Positions 34,543 through 39,833 of a stretch of DNA of 39,833 bases are shown in pieces; position 1 is the first letter of the stretch, and each line of letters starts with the position of its first letter. The notes beneath the pieces were generated by a model. The model did no database searches, was not told the origin of the DNA, and saw only the letters and a list, made by a program, of their open reading frames with translations. Source of the DNA: a virus (Duplodnaviria > Caudoviricetes); IMG/VR virus record IMGVR_UViG_3300032304_000280, positions 1 through 39,833 of that record; one strand, written 5' to 3'. The position numbers and the translations under genes were made by a program.

Positions 34543-37500
34543 ATGATGCTAGTACCTGATGATGAATTTGATGCCGCCGCCGCACGAGTTGCTGGTGTAA
34601 AAAAATCGCCAAATCTCGATCAAGCCGCCGCAAATGTAGTTGACACACAGCGCACGCAATTGCGCACTAGCTTGTATGGCGCACTTGATGCAAATCCTGA
34701 TGAGGCCGCACGCGCAAAAAATCTATCAGACAAGTCTGGCATCCCAGTCGACATCGTTCAGCGCAATTACGCGCAAGTCAATCGCAATGTGCAACTCAAT
34801 GAGTTTGACGAAACACTCAAGCGCTCACCCTTGCTTGGCCAATGGTTAAGCAACACAAACAACGCAAAGATCTCGCACGACGATTCATCTAACCTTGCAG
34901 GCATCGAGCGTGAGTACGGCACGATCAAACCAATCGAGCGCTCATTCTTAGAAGAGATCACCGAACCATTCCAGCGTGGCTATGCGCGATTTAAGAAGGG
35001 CTTCTCGCTCATGCTTGAAGACACAGCCATGATGAAAGGTTTGCGCTCGCAACAGCAAGCGGCGGCTGAAGCGAATGGCATCACCTACAACCCAAAAGTT
35101 CAGCAGGCTGTAAACCTGGCCAACTATCAACGCAATGTTGAAAAGTTTCCAATGCCTCAAAACATTGAGCGCGGACTGCAAGAAATTGGTGAAGCAAAAA
35201 GTTTTGGCGAAGCATTCTCTGCAATCGTGTCTAACCCTGCCGCAGTGAGGGAAGTGATTTTTGAATCGATGGGTATTGGCGCTCCTGGCATTGCAGTGAC
35301 TGCCGCATCAGTGCCTATGGGTCCGTTGGCTGTGGCAACTGCCGCAGGCACAACCAGCTTCTTTACTGAATATGCATCAACGCTTGATGAAGTAATGTCA
35401 TCGAGCGGTGCTGACATGAAAGATCCAAACGCTGTCTACAAAGTTTTGACTGATGAAAAAGTCATGGCTGAAGCAAAAGACAAAGCCATGAAACGCGGCG
35501 TGCCAATTGCATTTTTTGATGCATTGACAGCCGGCATGGCAGGCAAGCTACTCAAAGGCGCAAGACCTACAGTGTTGAGCGTTGGTAGTCGTGTTGTTGG
35601 CGAAGGTGGTGTGCAAGCAGTAGGCGGCGCCGCAGGTGAAGCATCGGCACAAGCATTGACTGGTGAGTTCAAGCCAGGCGAGATCTTGCTCGAGGCGTTT
35701 GCTGAGATCCCAACAGCATTGGTTGAAGTGCCTGGCAACTATCGCGGCACAATGTTGCAGGCTGAGTCTGCCGAGCGCAGTGCCAATGCATTCGAGAAAG
35801 TCCAAGAGTTTTCACGCGCCAGCAAAGTGCGAGCACGCAGTGCAGAAACATTCAACGATTGGATTGGCCAAGTATCTCAAGAGACTGATGTCACTACGGT
35901 TTACATCAGCGGCGAAACGCTCAAACAATCTGGCTTGGCCGAACGAGTGGCAGAAGTATCGCCATCAGTGCGTGAGCAACTGGATACAGCCGTTGCAACA
36001 GGTGGCGACATTGCCATCCCTGTGACCGAGTACCAAACCAACATTGCACCGACTGAGTTCAGCACAGCGCTGATCGATGACTTGCGCATTGAAGGTGAGA
36101 TGATGACGCGCCGCGAGGCACGCGAGTTCATCGACAACCAGTCTGAAATCATGAAGAGTCAGATGGAGGCTAACGCCAAAGTCGAGATGACAAACAAAGA
36201 GTTTGTGAAGTCTGCGCGTGAAGTCGAAGGCTTGATGTTCCAGCAGATCAAAGCAACCAAGCAATACACCGACAACGCGGCCAGAATCAATGCGCAACTT
36301 GTGCGCGACTTTGTGGTGACTCAATCAGCGGCACTCAAAATCATGCCGACAGAGTTCTACAACCGCTACATGTACAAGGTCGAGCGAGCAGAAGGACAGC
36401 CTGGTGGCATGGCCCTGTTCAACCAAGACCAGCGCGTGATGATTGACAGCGTGCCATTCCGCAACTGGATTGGCTCGTCTATTTTTCAAGACGAAACAGG
36501 TGCACCGCAGACGCTGTACCACGGCACTGCCGACAATGTGACTGCATTTGATCCTGACCATCCAAACCGCAAAGACAGCGGCTGGCTTGGCACTGGTGTG
36601 TATCTGACTGACAGCGCTGACATGGCCGACATATACGCCATGCAAAAGCGTCGCACCGGCAATGCTGGTGAGAATGTCATGCCACTGTATGCGCGCCTCG
36701 AGAATCCTTACATGGCCACCATGGAAGACAAGGCACGCATTCGTGCTGGTGGCCGCGAAGCCGCTGATGCATTCACTGCCGAATTGCAGGCACAAGGCTA
36801 TGACGGCGTGATCTTGCAGGTTGCACCCGATGCACGCGAGATCGTGGTGTTCGACAACACAGCAGTCAAGTCGCCATTCAACGATGGCACATGGTCGCGT
36901 GAAAATGCCGACATCCTGCGCCAGGGCAATCAAGTATTGCAAACCGAATCACTGACCGACTCTGACGCAATCAACTCCGAAGAGGATGCCGAGGCCGACG
37001 ATGTGGCCGCGATTGAGGCACAGGCAGAAATTCCTGTGACTGTTGAAGACCAGGCCGAACTCAAGAACGCACTCGAGGTGGCAAAGAGCCAGGTGTGGAA
37101 CAAGGGCCGCGACCTCAAGATGGCGATCCAGACCGCAGTGCAACAAGCCGCGACTGAAGCCGGTGTCGATGTTTCTGTTCCATCACCGCAAACCACTGAC
37201 TACCTGGTGCGCGTGGGCCTCAAGGACGCACTGTTTGCGCTCGAGCAAAACCCGAATGCGATCGGTTGGTACGACGAGAAAACACGCCAGGCGCTGGCAG
37301 TCATGGCATTGGTGCACCCAGAGATCGCGACCAACGAAGACGCACGCTTTGCATTTACTTGGGCGCTGGCTGTCACATCGAACGGCTTGAAGGTCGACAA
37401 GAACTTTGAGTTGGCTGAGAAGGCCTACACCTACTACAAAGAAAACAAGGTCATGCCCACCAACATCAAAGGTGGACAAGCCCAGGGCGCGATCAATGAT

Positions 37501-39833
37501 TCGCTTGCCCTGTTCAACGAATTGGTCGGCGCCTGGGGCATCAAGAACCTGCGTCAGTTCATGCAGACCAACTTCACTGTGGGCGAGATCAGCGCGATCA
37601 GCAAAGACCTCAAGCCAGGCGGTGAGCACGCAGACACCATGGTCAAGGGCGCGGCCATCATTGGCCCCAAGATCGGCAACGGCTTTTTCTCCAACCTGTA
37701 TGGCGACTTTAGTTCCCTCACGATGGACCGCTGGCTGGTCCGCACCTGGGGCCGCTGGACCGGCACGCTCATTAAGAGCCTGCCCAAGCATGTTGAGACG
37801 GCCACCAACCGCCTGAACGCGGCAATCCGTAACGCGACACCAGAACAGGCCACACGCCTCTCTGAGGTCATCGGCATGGACATTGCCAACACCGAGGTCA
37901 ATCGCCTGGCTGACGCCATCCAGAAGGCCTCCATGGACCCCAAACTGCGCGAGCAGATGAACGAGTCCAAGGTCGGCGAAGAGATCCGCAAGGCCGGCAA
38001 CAGCCTGGCCAAGTACAACGATGGCCAAAAGGAAGCCCCGGCTGGCCCTCACGAGCGCACCTACATTCGCTCTGTCTTCTCCCAGATCCTGGCTGAGTTG
38101 CAGGCCGATCCAGCCTATGCCGACCTGACCATGGCCGATTTGCAGGCTGTGCTCTGGTACGCAGAAAAACGACTCTACGAATCAGCCAAAGACAATAATG
38201 TTGACCAAGAGTCAACAGACGGGTATAGTGATGAAGATGCCCCAGATTACGCCAACGCCGCCGCAGGTGTTGCGCGTAGCTTGGGTGTTTCCGATCGCAA
38301 GATCAATAACGCATTAAAGAAGGAGTCCAAAGATGAACGCGCAAGACGAGCACGACTACAGGATGAGCAAGCGCAGGTCGCTGGAGAGGAGCAAGCCGAA
38401 GCTGGAGGCTTTACTCAAAGAGAAAAACGGCTCTTTGCAGGCGCAGTCGCAACCAGAATTGCAAGATCCAATCGAAGCGGCGATCAAAAACAATCCTGGT
38501 CTTACACGGCAAAAAGCAGTGGAGATGGCGGAAAAGTTCGGGTTCTAAAAAGCCAACTTGTCACCTACTCGCAGGAATGGAAAGCAGGCGCAGGCCTGGC
38601 CCGTGTGTACCGAAACAACGGTATCACCGTGCCCAAGTTCTACGAATTGGAGCAAGGCAATGCACAGAATGCACAACGATTTTCTGAGGCCATCACAGCC
38701 AGCAAACAAGCCAGTGGCGACATGGGCGCGGCTGTCTTCGTCTACCCAGTCGAGGACTACCAAGGCATGCGCCTGTTCTTGTCTGAAGACGGCAAGTCCG
38801 GCGTCGCTGTCAAACCTGATGGCGACATCGTGTCGGTGTTCTCGCAAGCTGGCGCTGGCCGCTCTGTCATGGAGTTGGCCGTGGCCGCAGGTGGCACCAA
38901 GCTGGATGCATTCGAGACGATCCTGCCTGAGTTCTACGCCGCGCACGGATTTGTTGCGGCTTCGCGTTTACCCTGGGATGACACCCAGGCACCCGAAGGC
39001 TGGAACAAAGAAGCGTTTGCCGACTTTAACAATGGCGAGCCGAATGTCGTCTTCATGGCCTTGGACCAGTCGTACTACGGCTGGCACAAGATTAGCGATG
39101 GCAAGAAGTCCAAGACCTATGACGACGCCGTCGCCGACCAAAACCGCGCTGTAAAGCGCAACAAGAAACGAAAGGAAGATCATGGAAAACCCGCAGTCTT
39201 TGCCCAATCAGGAACCGGAGCAGGCGGCGTTCAACGCCTACGAGCAAGCGATCTCGATGTTGCCCAACGATATGGCACAGCCAGGGATGGAGCAACTTCA
39301 GTCCTTGGTGTCCACTATTCAAAACAACCTCGGAATAGTCTTGCCGGATTCGCCTACGGAACAGGCTTAAAAGGCGCAGAGGCTGGCCGTCTGGCTGGCG
39401 CTGACTCTCGCCTATCTAATCGCATCCACTTCTATGTGGACACCGGCAACGGCATTCGCCCAGAGGCTGGTGTTGGCGGCAATGTGCACGCCGTCTATCT
39501 GGACAACCTATACGACGCGGCGGCTGACCCGCTTGGCCTGCGCGCCCAGGCATCAGCCGGTGGCCGTGATGACCGTGGCCAATGGTTTAACGCGGTCGAG
39601 TCCGCAATCATCGATGCTGGGTTTGATGGTGTTTACATACCAGGCGCTGGTGGCGATCAAGGTGTGGCCGTGCTACTTGGCCCGCAACACAAGGGTGTAC
39701 CAGTCGAACAGCATGGCATGCACGCAATGCCTGCCGCAGGCGCGTATACGACCCCTGCAAGCACCAAACGCAAGTACGCCATGCTTACCCCTGAGATTCG
39801 TAAATTCGAGGCCCAGGAGGCTGAAATCAAGGC
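34543..39833 (+). CDS. N-terminal part of the giant (3,109 aa in total) ejection/polyvalent protein with ART-like, HhH-glycosylase-like, GNAT-like and second ART-like domains; continues to 4162
   Basis: ATG at 34543 after AGGA; no stop found in frame 1 to the window end; joins the 8..4162 ORF through the terminal overlap (5168+4162=9330 nt). Confidence 0.88.
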   Translation, partial: MMLVPDDEFDAAAARVAGVKKSPNLDQAAANVVDTQRTQLRTSLYGALDANPDEAARAKNLSDKSGIPVDIVQRNYAQVNRNVQLNEFDETLKRSPLLGQWLSNTNNAKISHDDSSNLAGIEREYGTIKPIERSFLEEITEPFQRGYARFKKGFSLMLEDTAMMKGLRSQQQAAAEANGITYNPKVQQAVNLANYQRNVEKFPMPQNIERGLQEIGEAKSFGEAFSAIVSNPAAVREVIFESMGIGAPGIAVTAASVPMGPLAVATAAGTTSFFTEYASTLDEVMSSSGADMKDPNAVYKVLTDEKVMAEAKDKAMKRGVPIAFFDALTAGMAGKLLKGARPTVLSVGSRVVGEGGVQAVGGAAGEASAQALTGEFKPGEILLEAFAEIPTALVEVPGNYRGTMLQAESAERSANAFEKVQEFSRASKVRARSAETFNDWIGQVSQETDVTTVYISGETLKQSGLAERVAEVSPSVREQLDTAVATGGDIAIPVTEYQTNIAPTEFSTALIDDLRIEGEMMTRREAREFIDNQSEIMKSQMEANAKVEMTNKEFVKSAREVEGLMFQQIKATKQYTDNAARINAQLVRDFVVTQSAALKIMPTEFYNRYMYKVERAEGQPGGMALFNQDQRVMIDSVPFRNWIGSSIFQDETGAPQTLYHGTADNVTAFDPDHPNRKDSGWLGTGVYLTDSADMADIYAMQKRRTGNAGENVMPLYARLENPYMATMEDKARIRAGGREAADAFTAELQAQGYDGVILQVAPDAREIVVFDNTAVKSPFNDGTWSRENADILRQGNQVLQTESLTDSDAINSEEDAEADDVAAIEAQAEIPVTVEDQAELKNALEVAKSQVWNKGRDLKMAIQTAVQQAATEAGVDVSVPSPQTTDYLVRVGLKDALFALEQNPNAIGWYDEKTRQALAVMALVHPEIATNEDARFAFTWALAVTSNGLKVDKNFELAEKAYTYYKENKVMPTNIKGGQAQGAINDSLALFNELVGAWGIKNLRQFMQTNFTVGEISAISKDLKPGGEHADTMVKGAAIIGPKIGNGFFSNLYGDFSSLTMDRWLVRTWGRWTGTLIKSLPKHVETATNRLNAAIRNATPEQATRLSEVIGMDIANTEVNRLADAIQKASMDPKLREQMNESKVGEEIRKAGNSLAKYNDGQKEAPAGPHERTYIRSVFSQILAELQADPAYADLTMADLQAVLWYAEKRLYESAKDNNVDQESTDGYSDEDAPDYANAAAGVARSLGVSDRKINNALKKESKDERARRARLQDEQAQVAGEEQAEAGGFTQREKRLFAGAVATRIARSNRSGDQKQSWSYTAKSSGDGGKVRVLKSQLVTYSQEWKAGAGLARVYRNNGITVPKFYELEQGNAQNAQRFSEAITASKQASGDMGAAVFVYPVEDYQGMRLFLSEDGKSGVAVKPDGDIVSVFSQAGAGRSVMELAVAAGGTKLDAFETILPEFYAAHGFVAASRLPWDDTQAPEGWNKEAFADFNNGEPNVVFMALDQSYYGWHKISDGKKSKTYDDAVADQNRAVKRNKKRKEDHGKPAVFAQSGTGAGGVQRLRASDLDVAQRYGTARDGATSVLGVHYSKQPRNSLAGFAYGTGLKGAEAGRLAGADSRLSNRIHFYVDTGNGIRPEAGVGGNVHAVYLDNLYDAAADPLGLRAQASAGGRDDRGQWFNAVESAIIDAGFDGVYIPGAGGDQGVAVLLGPQHKGVPVEQHGMHAMPAAGAYTTPASTKRKYAMLTPEIRKFEAQEAEIK
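38333..38548 (+). CDS. Nested +1-frame gene (71 aa) inside the giant gene
   Basis: SD AAGGAG at 38320-38325 with 7-nt spacing; protein-like C-terminus DPIEAAIKNNPGLTRQKAVEMAEKFGF; atypical codons in the host frame. Confidence 0.6.
   Translation: MNAQDEHDYRMSKRRSLERSKPKLEALLKEKNGSLQAQSQPELQDPIEAAIKNNPGLTRQKAVEMAEKFGF
39182..39370 (+). CDS. Nested +1-frame gene (62 aa, acidic) inside the giant gene
   Basis: SD AAGGA at 39172-39176; amphipathic helical acidic product; atypical codons in the host frame. Confidence 0.5.
   Translation: MENPQSLPNQEPEQAAFNAYEQAISMLPNDMAQPGMEQLQSLVSTIQNNLGIVLPDSPTEQA
39711..39833. repeat. Terminal direct repeat (circular assembly overlap), copy 2
   Basis: Identical to bases 1-123. 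Confidence 0.97.

Noticed and set aside
37043-37816. Further nested +1 ORFs in the giant gene (37043, 37406; also 35663 and 38558)
   Set aside because: No clear SD; Arg/Ser/Pro-rich composition typical of off-frame reads, and normal codon usage in the main frame

Overview
Complete circular genome (39,710 bp; bases 39711-39833 repeat bases 1-123) of a podovirus with a Bordetella phage BPP-1/T7-like virion module. The host is unknown; a freshwater betaproteobacterium is only a guess from gene style. Layout: (i) a leftward early arm of small genes plus a YqaJ exonuclease, RecT, an Xis-like HTH and a lipoprotein; (ii) a rightward arm with a Cro-like HTH, RusA-like resolvase, SSB, MazG-like protein, YdaU-type replication initiator and small genes; (iii) terminase, an Asp/Asn beta-hydroxylase plus GNAT pair, portal, scaffold, capsid, cement, tail and ejection genes, two Gly-rich tail fibres and a lysis cassette. 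I recognised no integrase, CI repressor, polymerase or DGR. Main observations: (1) a 3,109-aa ejected polyvalent protein spanning the origin, mostly missed by the ORF track, with two ART-like domains, an HhH-glycosylase-like domain, a GNAT-like domain and a zincin motif, plus two +1-frame nested genes with their own ribosome-binding sites at domain junctions (candidate built-in inhibitors or partners); (2) a four-copy late promoter class GGTACCCGTA-N17-TAnnnT; (3) a scaffold-like C-terminal (L/M)Y(G/P/S) motif shared by three small head-region proteins; (4) a 24-bp hairpin that hides an SD and contains a promoter; (5) a family of 17-bp operators without any CI. All family calls come from motif recognition by eye, not database searches.
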